Positions 40,716 through 49,070 of a stretch of 63,440 nt of DNA are shown here, piece after piece. This DNA comes from an uncultured Planctomycetia bacterium (GTDB lineage: Bacteria > Omnitrophota > Gorgyraeia > JABMRG01), in the NCBI GenBank assembly GCA_964634945.1, contig CAZWMG010000011.1:1-63440 (forward strand), in the 5' to 3' direction. The notes beneath the pieces were generated by a model. The model made no database searches, had not been told where the DNA came from, and saw nothing but the letters and a program-made list of their open reading frames with translations. The position numbers were made by a program, and so were the translations under genes. Numbering within the stretch: position 1 is the stretch's first letter; each line of letters opens with the position of its first letter.

Positions 40716-41507
40716 TTATATCTTACTTTTACATTCGTCTTTAAGGACTTCTACTAGCTTATCGACTATCTCTTCTGTCGAACCTGTAAGCATCTGGCCT
40801 CCTTCTCGCGGAGGAGGGGTAAATATTTTAACAACCTGTGTAGGTGAGCCATTTAACCCCAATGACTTTTCATCAGCATCAATATCTTTAGCAATCAGAG
40901 TCCTTATCTGCGCGGATTTGGACCTCATCTTACCCTTTAGTGACGGTATGCGCGGATCATTAATCTCTTTAACGACCGTAAACAAGACAGGCAAAGGGGC
41001 CTCAACGACCTCATAACCTTCCTCTGTCATGCGCTCTACCCTGGCATATTCCGTAGTCACCTCTTCTATCTTCTTTACATATGTAACCTGCGGAATATCA
41101 AGATGCATTGATACTCCGGGGCCTACCTGAGCTGTATCGCCATCCGCAGCCTGTTTGCCACAAAATATAATATCAAACTTACCTATCTTTTTTATGGCGC
41201 ATGCTAGGGTATAGCTTGTTGCCCACGTATCACTTCCCGCAAAGGCCCTGTCTGAAACAAGAACAGCTTCATCCACACCCATAGATATAGCCTCACGAAG
41301 AGCGGCATCTGCCTGTGGAGGCCCCATTGTAACGGCGATCACACTTCCCCCGAGCTTCTCTTTGGTGCGTACCGCCTCTTCGATAGCATACATATCAAAG
41401 GGGTTTATAATAGACTCTACGCCTTCACGGATCAAGGTGTTGGTCTGAGGATCTATCTTTACATTAGCGGTATCTGGTACCTGTTTTATACAAACGATTA
41501 TATTCAT
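40716..41507 (-). CDS. etfB: electron transfer flavoprotein beta subunit
   Basis: MNIIVCIKQVPD N-terminus typical of EtfB. 263 aa. Confidence 0.92.
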   Translation of the reverse strand: MNIIVCIKQVPDTANVKIDPQTNTLIREGVESIINPFDMYAIEEAVRTKEKLGGSVIAVTMGPPQADAALREAISMGVDEAVLVSDRAFAGSDTWATSYTLACAIKKIGKFDIIFCGKQAADGDTAQVGPGVSMHLDIPQVTYVKKIEEVTTEYARVERMTEEGYEVVEAPLPVLFTVVKEINDPRIPSLKGKMRSKSAQIRTLIAKDIDADEKSLGLNGSPTQVVKIFTPPPREGGQMLTGSTEEIVDKLVEVLKDECKSKI

Positions 41508-41515
41508 ATTCTCTG

Positions 41516-42670
41516 CTATTTCTTAAGCATCTCCTTAATCATCTCCGATGCTATTATTCCCCGCTGTATCTGATTAGTACCTTCGTATATCTGCGTGATC
41601 TTCGCGTCACGCATATACTTTTCTACCGGGTACTCACGCATATAGCCGTATCCACCAAAAATCTGAACAGCATCTGTTGTGACCTTCATCGCGACATCTG
41701 AAGCAAAAAGCTTTGACATCGCGGATAATTTTGATATATCCTTTGCTCCGGAATCTATCAACTTAGCGGTAGAATAAACAAGCGCTCGCGCAGCCTCTAC
41801 CTGTGTACCCATATCAGCAAGCATGAACTGCACCCCCTGAAAACTCGATACAGGCTTTCCGAACTGCACACGCTCCTTAGCGTATTTTAACGCGTGGTCA
41901 AGCGCGCCCTGGGCAATGCCTACTGCCTGCGCGCCTATCCCCGGACGTGATTTATCAAATGTCTTCATGGCTACTATAAATCCTAAGCCTTCTTTGCCGA
42001 GTAGATTTTCCTTGGGGACCTTGCAGTTTGTAAATATGAGCTCTCTTGTCGCGGAACTCCTTATGCCAAGTTTCTTCTCCTTTTTACCAAATTCAAAACC
42101 AGGCGTGCCTTTTTCCACTATAAAAGTACTTGCGCCACGGCTGCCCTTTGATTTGTCCGTCATAGCTACAACAGTGTATGTCTCTGCTTCACCGCCGTTT
42201 GTGATCCACTGCTTTACACCGTTTAGAACGTAATAATCGCCATCTTTCGTAGCAGTAGTACTTAAAGCGCCCGCGTCACTTCCCGCGCCAGCCTCTGTTA
42301 ATCCAAAAGCAGCCAATTTCTTACCACTGGCGATATCAGGAAGATACTTCTTCTTCTGCTCTTCTGACCCATAAAGTATAATCGGATATGATCCTAGCGC
42401 GCTTGCCGCATAGCTAACCGCAATACCGCCACAGGCCTTTGAGAATTCCTCTGTAGCTATACAGAGTTCTGTCACGCCGCCGCCCATACCACCATATGCC
42501 TCTTCTATATAGATACCCGAGAGGTCACTCTCCGCTATAACCTTGAGTATTGACCAAGGAAACTCTTCTTTCTCATCATGCTCAGCAGCAACAGGGCGTA
42601 TCTTCTCATCAGCTATCTGACGCGCCAGATCCCTAATCATTTTCTGCTCTTCAGTCAATAAATAATCCAT
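41516..42670 (-). CDS. acyl-CoA dehydrogenase (short/butyryl-CoA type)
   Basis: ACAD fold with the C-terminal QIFGGYGYMREYPVEKYMRDAKITQIYEGTNQIQR. Start moved to M17 (MDYLLTEEQ), which has AGGAGA upstream. Confidence 0.92.
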   Translation of the reverse strand: MDYLLTEEQKMIRDLARQIADEKIRPVAAEHDEKEEFPWSILKVIAESDLSGIYIEEAYGGMGGGVTELCIATEEFSKACGGIAVSYAASALGSYPIILYGSEEQKKKYLPDIASGKKLAAFGLTEAGAGSDAGALSTTATKDGDYYVLNGVKQWITNGGEAETYTVVAMTDKSKGSRGASTFIVEKGTPGFEFGKKEKKLGIRSSATRELIFTNCKVPKENLLGKEGLGFIVAMKTFDKSRPGIGAQAVGIAQGALDHALKYAKERVQFGKPVSSFQGVQFMLADMGTQVEAARALVYSTAKLIDSGAKDISKLSAMSKLFASDVAMKVTTDAVQIFGGYGYMREYPVEKYMRDAKITQIYEGTNQIQRGIIASEMIKEMLKK

Positions 42671-42815
42671 TTTTTCTCCTTTGGATAAAATAAAACGGAT
42701 AGCATATAGTAGAATCACCTAATTCACTATCTGCTACCCCTGCCTGCCTACCATAAGGCGGACCTGTCAACATCAGAAAAGAACTGTCTACTAATAAGTA
42801 AGTGTTATCTGCTAC

Positions 42816-44054
42816 TTAAATAATCTTTTTTATCGCGATTGTAGCGTTATGTCCGCCAAAACCGAAACTGTTAGATATGGCTATGTCCATCTCAACCTCT
42901 CTGGCTTTGTTGGGCACATAGTCCAGATCGCAATTCGGATCAGGGTATTCATAATTTATAGTAGGCGCAATTATATTATTAGATAATGATAAAACCGTAG
43001 CCGCGAGCTCCGCGCCTCCGGCAGCACCAAGCATGTGGCCTGTCATGGATTTCGTGGAACTGATTGGTATTTTTTTAGCATGTTCACCAAATACAGATTT
43101 AATAGCCTTTGTCTCCATAGCATCATTAAGCATAGTTGATGTTCCATGTGCGTTTATATAAGTTACATCTTTCGGATTAATAGACGCGTCCTTTAAGGTC
43201 TCCTGCATACATCTTATAGCTCCTTCCCCGTTCGGGTTAGGAGCTGTCATGTGGTAAGCATCACAACTCATGCCATAACCTATAACTTCCGCGTAGATCT
43301 CAGCGCCTCTTTGCTTAGCGTGCTCATATTCCTCTAAAAGAATAATGCCTGAGCCTTCTGCCATTACAAAACCGTTTCTTTGAGCGTCAAATGGCCTTGA
43401 TGCCTTCTGAGGGTCATCATTTCTTGTTGATAACGCCCTTGCCGCGCAAAAACCACCGATACCCATGGGGCTTATAGCTGCTTCACTTCCTCCTGCAAAC
43501 ATGATCTCGGCATATCCATGTTGTATAATCCTCATTGCCTCACCTATACAATGATTACCAGAGGCACAAGCGGTCACAGAACATGAATTAGGGCCCTTAA
43601 GCCCAAGATTGATTCCAACCATGCCTGATGCCATATTAACAATAATCATAGGGATAAAAAACGGGGATACGCGGGAGGGCCCATCTTTGATAAGTATTTG
43701 GTGCTCTTTCTCAATAGTATGTATACCCCCTATTCCGGATCCTATAATAGATCCTGCCCTATAAGGATCTACAGCAGAAAAGTCAATACAAGAGTCCTCT
43801 AGTGCCATCTTAGCTGCGGCAACGGCAAATTGAGTAAACCTATCGCTCCTCTTGATATCCTTTTTAGACATATAAGGGGTAAGATCGAAATCCGGCACTA
43901 CTCCCGCAATGCGGGATGTATATGCAGAAGCATCAAAACTGGTTATCTCTGTTACACCGGATCTCCCGGATTTCAGAGCTTGCCAATAATTATCTTTACC
44001 ATTGCCTATTGGAGATACTATACCAAGGCCTGTAATTACTACGCGTCTTTTCAT
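42816..44054 (-). CDS. fabF: beta-ketoacyl-ACP synthase II
   Basis: Active-site Cys in SVTACASG and His contexts HGTSTMLND and GHMLGAAG. Confidence 0.95.
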   Translation of the reverse strand: MKRRVVITGLGIVSPIGNGKDNYWQALKSGRSGVTEITSFDASAYTSRIAGVVPDFDLTPYMSKKDIKRSDRFTQFAVAAAKMALEDSCIDFSAVDPYRAGSIIGSGIGGIHTIEKEHQILIKDGPSRVSPFFIPMIIVNMASGMVGINLGLKGPNSCSVTACASGNHCIGEAMRIIQHGYAEIMFAGGSEAAISPMGIGGFCAARALSTRNDDPQKASRPFDAQRNGFVMAEGSGIILLEEYEHAKQRGAEIYAEVIGYGMSCDAYHMTAPNPNGEGAIRCMQETLKDASINPKDVTYINAHGTSTMLNDAMETKAIKSVFGEHAKKIPISSTKSMTGHMLGAAGGAELAATVLSLSNNIIAPTINYEYPDPNCDLDYVPNKAREVEMDIAISNSFGFGGHNATIAIKKII

Positions 44055-44077
44055 GTATGTATTTGCGGGGATTTAGA

Positions 44078-44320
44078 TTAGCTCTTTGCGGAGACTTTGC
44101 TCTCAATATATTTGATAGCTTCGGAAACCTTGCTCATCTTTTCTGCGTCTTCATCTGGTATCTCAATACCAAATTCTTCTTCAAGCGCCATAACAAGCTC
44201 TACTGTATCAAGAGAGTCAGCACCTAGATCATCAATAAAAGACGCTTCTGCAGTTACCTCATCAGGCTTAACACCCAACTGTTCTGCAATTATAGATTTT
44301 ACCTTTTCATCTGTTGCCAT
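44078..44320 (-). CDS. acpP: acyl carrier protein
   Basis: 80 aa with the phosphopantetheine site [12 protein letters not shown]. Confidence 0.95.
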   Translation of the reverse strand: MATDEKVKSIIAEQLGVKPDEVTAEASFIDDLGADSLDTVELVMALEEEFGIEIPDEDAEKMSKVSEAIKYIESKVSAKS

Positions 44321-44348
44321 ATTACTTCCTCCTTTTCTTTTGCTTTTA

Positions 44349-44528
44349 CTGTCATTCTGAGGCGCAGTCGCCTGCCCGCCTACGGCGGGAAGAATCTAGC
44401 TTTTAGATCCCTGCCTACCGGCAGGCAGGCTTCGAATACTCCATTTTGTCGTATTCTCAGGATAAACTCACATATATGAGTTACGTCTCTTTGGATCCTT
44501 CTGATGCTTCGCATCCTCAGGATAAATT
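44349..44528. repeat. composite palindromic repeat element E in the fabG-acpP spacer
   Basis: ATTCT[AGGCG-cagt-CGCCT][CCCGCC-tac-GGCGGG]AGAAT three-way structure (44354-44395). Two further (a)t(t/c)ctcaggataaa units at 44453 and 44513 are inverted relative to tgtcattctgagg. Confidence 0.6.
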
Positions 44529-44579
44529 CGCCCTATGCAATTTATCTCGCACGTTGCGCTCCATAAATTGTAGGCTCAC

Positions 44580-45320
44580 TTACATTACCATGCCGCCATC
44601 AACCTTTATCACCTCACCGGTTATATAAGATGAGGTATCGCTAACCAGAAACAGCACAAGATCAGCAACATCTTTTGCCTCCCCAAGAGATCCAAGAGGT
44701 ATAAGCTTCAACATCGCGTCTTTTTGATCTTCTGTAAGCTTATCTGTCATAGGGGTTTGTATAAAACCCGGGGCAATTGCATTAACATTGATGGACCGCG
44801 AAGCTAACTCCTTTGCACTACTCTTGGTAAGCCCTATAAGCCCTGCCTTACTTGCCGCATAATTGGCCTGACCCGCGTTACCCATAATTCCGATAATTGA
44901 AGCGATATTAACAATCTTGCCATAGCGCTGTTTAATCATCGGCCTGCAAACCGCCTTTGTAAAATTAAAAGCGCCTTTTAGGTTTACGGTAAGAACTGCA
45001 TCCCAGTCAACTTCTTTCATGCGCATCAGCAATGTATCCCTGGTAATGCCAGCATTGTTGACGAGTATATCAATTTTACTAAATTTGTCAAGTGTTTTAT
45101 TAGCCATATCCTCACACGAAGCGGTTTTTCCTACATCAACAACCTCTATCAGACACTCTCTGCCTAGGGCCTCTATCTCGGATTTAGCCTGTTCAAGCGC
45201 GTCTTTATCTATATCGCATATTGCTATATTCGCGCCTTCACCGGCTAAAGCAAGAGCTATCTCTTTTCCGATGCCCCTTGCCGCTCCTGTAACTATGGCT
45301 ACCTTCTGATCTAATTTCAT
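44580..45320 (-). CDS. fabG: 3-oxoacyl-ACP reductase
   Basis: SDR motifs TGAARGIGKEIA and YAASKAG. Canonical neighbour of acpP. Confidence 0.94.
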   Translation of the reverse strand: MKLDQKVAIVTGAARGIGKEIALALAGEGANIAICDIDKDALEQAKSEIEALGRECLIEVVDVGKTASCEDMANKTLDKFSKIDILVNNAGITRDTLLMRMKEVDWDAVLTVNLKGAFNFTKAVCRPMIKQRYGKIVNIASIIGIMGNAGQANYAASKAGLIGLTKSSAKELASRSINVNAIAPGFIQTPMTDKLTEDQKDAMLKLIPLGSLGEAKDVADLVLFLVSDTSSYITGEVIKVDGGMVM

Positions 45321-45383
45321 AATATAATATGATTAACACATTAAATGGTACATAGTCAAGTAAAATCTTACAGATTTAGAATA

Positions 45384-45758
45384 TTAATTCTGATAGACCT
45401 GCTCCCAGTCGCTGAGTTGTCCATCCTTATTGAAGAAGAAATATATCTTTTCACCCTTAAAAAAAGTAGATGTTGGTGGCTTGTAGACCCATCTTAAGCC
45501 ATTATCTGCCTCTACTACGGGATTACCGCACTGTTTTATTAGGTCATCTCCTGAAAGGCCCTCTGCTATATCAGGCCCCTGGATAAACTCTTTTGCCTTT
45601 TGGTAATTCTCCCCCTCTACCTTCTTTTCCTTGGCCATCCTATCCATGCTGGCAGATAGGCCCGTAAGCTTTCTTATCTCGCCAGCCGCAAAAAGGGGCT
45701 TGATAGCTATACATATAAATACAAAAAGGATTGTTATGGAAACGGCTATCTGTCTCAT
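45384..45758 (-). CDS. small exported protein (BamE/SmpA_OmlA-like fold suspected)
   Basis: Signal peptide after M14. The C-terminal pattern ...QCGNPV...WVY....GEKIYFFFNKDGQL resembles SmpA/OmlA, but this is weak. Confidence 0.4.
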   Translation of the reverse strand: MRQIAVSITILFVFICIAIKPLFAAGEIRKLTGLSASMDRMAKEKKVEGENYQKAKEFIQGPDIAEGLSGDDLIKQCGNPVVEADNGLRWVYKPPTSTFFKGEKIYFFFNKDGQLSDWEQVYQN

Positions 45759-45857
45759 ATGGAAGGTTATTCTATCATTATATGGGCTAATTATCAATAG
45801 AAAAATATCTGGAATATCAGGATTTTATCTGAGAGGGAATAAGCCACTAATAGGGTT

Positions 45858-48800
45858 TTAAGCGGCTGATTTTATAGCAGAGAGCCTCTTCTTATCGCTT
45901 CTTAGTAAATCAGCGACACCTGTCTCGCTAGCCTTATCTAAGGGCCATACCTTAATATCGCCATTGTCGAATATTAACTGGAACGATCCGGCACCTCTAA
46001 TTAACTCAATGTCCTTGCTTGTCAGTGTGGCATTTGCGCGATCACGTTCGTTAATTAAGCGCGATATTGTGTTACCTATAGAATAGTATTCTATCAAAGC
46101 TCTAACAATATTGTCAGTGAAATCCATGATCTCTAATGTTATCAATGCTTTTTCTTTAATAAGATCTACATCCTTGATATTGACATCAAGGCCTTCCAAT
46201 CTTGTGTCTATCATATCGAGCACTATTGACCTCAATAAAGCTGACCTCTCGTCCCTTGAGAGAACATCCAGAAGATAAGCAAGCACATCTCCATATCTCT
46301 CTGCCTGTTTTGTCTGAATGCGCCTCTTAGAACAATGGTATAGAAATGAGTTAAAACCTTCCTTGCTTGAGCGCACTCTCCTGAATGAATCAAGAAAAGA
46401 TAAGAGGCTCTTTTTTGTATCAACATCCAGACTAAGCTTCCACTCCGCTGTCGGGTATTTCTTGTACTTCCATACAAAACCTTCATTACCTGTGGATTGT
46501 GACATCTTTTCAATAGCGTTATTAGCTATGAAGCGCTTTATCAGGCCCGTAAGATTCTCACGTTTCTTAATAATATCTCTCCATATATGTATATGAGCGC
46601 GGGCCTGTGACCTTTCCATGTCGACACGATATGAATTTGCCAGAACATCAAAAATCAGCCCCCTTCTATCTCCTTCATTCTTATAGGTTGTTCCGATAGA
46701 TATGATTGATTTTAAAAGACTGGCCGCGCTTGGCCTTCTTTCCCCTAGTTTCTCGTTGCTTCTTTCATTAGAAAGAGGGGAATACAACACAAGATAGCCA
46801 TTTGTTATTATATACTTGCCGTTTTCTAAACCTGACTCAATATCATCATATGCAATATCCTGACTAAGTACATCTATGGATCCCCTTGTCTCTGTATCTA
46901 TAATATCAAACAACTCCGGCATGGCTCCACCGAATACACCTATAAGCGCTGCCGCGTTTGTTACGCCTTTCATCATACTTGTCGCGGATGCCTCAAGAAA
47001 TTCATCTGAGAGCATTATTGTTGCCGCTACACCCTTAAAAATATTAGGCGCGTCAGCGATATTATAATTCTCAATAAAGGCTATCCTATCCTCCAGTCCG
47101 AGCCTCTTGGCGATATGCTTTAACTCTTTTTCAAAAAGATATCTTACTCCAGAATCAAATATCCTGCCTCCTATTATAAGCATTGTACCGGATGATTTGA
47201 ATTCATCAAGAGCCTCTTTATCCGCTTCAAAATATCTTAACATCTCAAGATATTTATCCGGACCCTTATACACAACCTGTCTCCTTACATTTGCTATCAT
47301 AGGGGCGCTTAGGACAGATTCTATAAGTCTAGCGAACTTTCTGTGTAAGTTGGGCCATGATCTACTGTGCCCTGATAACCCCCTATATATAAAGGCTCGA
47401 TACTGATCTAAAATCTTGTCTATATCTTTTAATTCTAATCCTGAATCTTTAAGTATCTCATTTAACCAATTGCTTCCACCCATATCCTGTCTCTGGGTCT
47501 TATAAAGCATGTTAAGCAACTCTAATGAATATAAGACCTTTATCATTTCAAATCTTTTAAGAAATGACGTTTTATTTCTTTTTGATTTATCAAGAACTGA
47601 ATAAAACTCTCTATCATCTACTATTTTATCGAGGCCTAGCTTATCCTTATATTGGTTAATAAGCATCCTAACCTCTTCCCCCTGCCACTGGTCTAATAGC
47701 GCACCATTTGTATTTCGCATACCATCGTCTGAATGTTGCGCTATCTTATGCCGATAAGACCGAAATATCTTATCCTTTAGTACGCCTGTGTGCTCATATA
47801 GCCCCACACCTGATATGGCGTCCGCTGTCAATGAAGCATATTCTGCTATGTTTATTCTCCCGTCAGTTACAATGAGTTCTCTTATTGACTCATCAAACCC
47901 CATAAGACTAAAAGCGTATTCAGGCGGCTTGTGCATGCCGGGCTCCCAGACTGTGTGGTTTATATGATGCCTTATAGTATTTGGAAATTGTTTTTTAGGA
48001 AGAGCTACAACAACTTCATTCTCAACAAACAATATATTCCTTTTAACGATATCTTGTTTCTGTAATATTTTAAGCAGGCATTGTTGAGCTTCATTAAATA
48101 CAACCATCTGGAAGTCTCTAAAATCATTATCAGGATACACCTGGTCAAATATGTATTCCTTGGTACCACCATCATTGAGATAATAAGCATCCAGATAATA
48201 AATCGGTGCATTACCATATTTTGTAACTGTCTCATATACGTGCGTATGAATAGTTCGGCCAGCAATATCTTTTGCTCTCGCGCTATTAACGTGTTCCATA
48301 AATTCCTGCGAATCAAATGTAAGGTCGAATGATATGCCTGTATTATCTAAGACATTTTTTATCTTACCCCCGAGGCTCTTTCCATCCTCTGGAGCGGGCA
48401 TGCCAGGCTGCATCTGGCCCGTTTCCTTATCATAATGAACCACATCACCTTTAATATAACTGTTATATAGAGGGTTAATTGAAACAACGTCAACACCATT
48501 CTTCTTCCATGCGCAAGGCAGATCATGCATAAGAGCACCTAAACCTCCTGTCATGGTAACCTGCGCTATAAACCGGGCAAAATTATCATCCTCCATAATT
48601 AGCTTTTCAAGTAGCCCCCTATCAAGGCCCGCCTCAAACTGCAGGCTTACTACTGTATAATCATTAAGCTCCGGGGCTTGCTGATTTACATAACTATGAG
48701 CACTATTAGCTGACTCATCATATTCTTTCATGCGGGATAAGAGCTCTTGCCTTATCTCATTCTGAGGCATATCAGTAGGATCAGACTGACCGGATGAAGA

Positions 48801-48956
48801 AGCCTTATCAATGGTATCATTTGAAATTGCGACAGGCCTGAGAGCGCTATGATCTGCTTTTTGAGTATAAGCTGTCGCTGAAAAAGATATGCCTGTATGA
48901 GATAATGCGGTGATTAGGATAATTATAAGACTTCTTTTTATTATTGCCCTACACAT
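45858..48956 (-). CDS. divergent alpha-glucan phosphorylase (GT35)-like protein with N-terminal signal/anchor and about 300-aa C-terminal extension
   Basis: MTGGLGALMHDL aligns with the GGLG motif. HHINHTVWEPG, NTNGALLDQW and ENYNIADAPNIFKGVAATIMLSDEFLEASATSMMKG match the ENYD...EASGTSGMK block of archaeal-type glucan phosphorylases. The N-terminus is hydrophobic. Confidence 0.6.
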   Translation of the reverse strand: MCRAIIKRSLIIILITALSHTGISFSATAYTQKADHSALRPVAISNDTIDKASSSGQSDPTDMPQNEIRQELLSRMKEYDESANSAHSYVNQQAPELNDYTVVSLQFEAGLDRGLLEKLIMEDDNFARFIAQVTMTGGLGALMHDLPCAWKKNGVDVVSINPLYNSYIKGDVVHYDKETGQMQPGMPAPEDGKSLGGKIKNVLDNTGISFDLTFDSQEFMEHVNSARAKDIAGRTIHTHVYETVTKYGNAPIYYLDAYYLNDGGTKEYIFDQVYPDNDFRDFQMVVFNEAQQCLLKILQKQDIVKRNILFVENEVVVALPKKQFPNTIRHHINHTVWEPGMHKPPEYAFSLMGFDESIRELIVTDGRINIAEYASLTADAISGVGLYEHTGVLKDKIFRSYRHKIAQHSDDGMRNTNGALLDQWQGEEVRMLINQYKDKLGLDKIVDDREFYSVLDKSKRNKTSFLKRFEMIKVLYSLELLNMLYKTQRQDMGGSNWLNEILKDSGLELKDIDKILDQYRAFIYRGLSGHSRSWPNLHRKFARLIESVLSAPMIANVRRQVVYKGPDKYLEMLRYFEADKEALDEFKSSGTMLIIGGRIFDSGVRYLFEKELKHIAKRLGLEDRIAFIENYNIADAPNIFKGVAATIMLSDEFLEASATSMMKGVTNAAALIGVFGGAMPELFDIIDTETRGSIDVLSQDIAYDDIESGLENGKYIITNGYLVLYSPLSNERSNEKLGERRPSAASLLKSIISIGTTYKNEGDRRGLIFDVLANSYRVDMERSQARAHIHIWRDIIKKRENLTGLIKRFIANNAIEKMSQSTGNEGFVWKYKKYPTAEWKLSLDVDTKKSLLSFLDSFRRVRSSKEGFNSFLYHCSKRRIQTKQAERYGDVLAYLLDVLSRDERSALLRSIVLDMIDTRLEGLDVNIKDVDLIKEKALITLEIMDFTDNIVRALIEYYSIGNTISRLINERDRANATLTSKDIELIRGAGSFQLIFDNGDIKVWPLDKASETGVADLLRSDKKRLSAIKSAA

Positions 48957-48960
48957 AAAT

Positions 48961-48990
48961 AAACCCCCTCGTTGATTGCCAGGGGGTTTT
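48961..48990 (-). promoter_or_regulatory. hairpin abutting the start codon of the GT35-like gene (terminator of the upstream gene and/or SD-sequestering stem)
   Basis: The minus strand reads AAAAACCCCCTggcaatcaacgAGGGGGTTTATTT-ATG. The 3' arm, GAGGGGG, is also the only SD-like sequence for this gene. Confidence 0.5.
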
Positions 48991-49070
48991 TCATGTCTTA
49001 TTAATAGAAATATACCACTATATCATCATAATGTCAATACAGTAAGTATGCAAAAACATAAAAAAACTCA

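Noticed and set aside
44446-44628. 60-aa plus-strand ORF (MSYSQDKLTYMSY...PQDKFAL) in the fabG-acpP spacer
   Set aside because: It is a read-through of repeat units of element E (ctcaggataaa gives SQDK/PQDK). It runs into the 3' end of fabG on the opposite strand and has no SD.
46232-48316. Alternative-frame minus-strand ORFs inside the GT35-like gene (46232-46513 and 48005-48316), and 23978-24250 inside xerD
   Set aside because: They are nested out of frame within longer ORFs that carry family motifs, and they have no independent signals.
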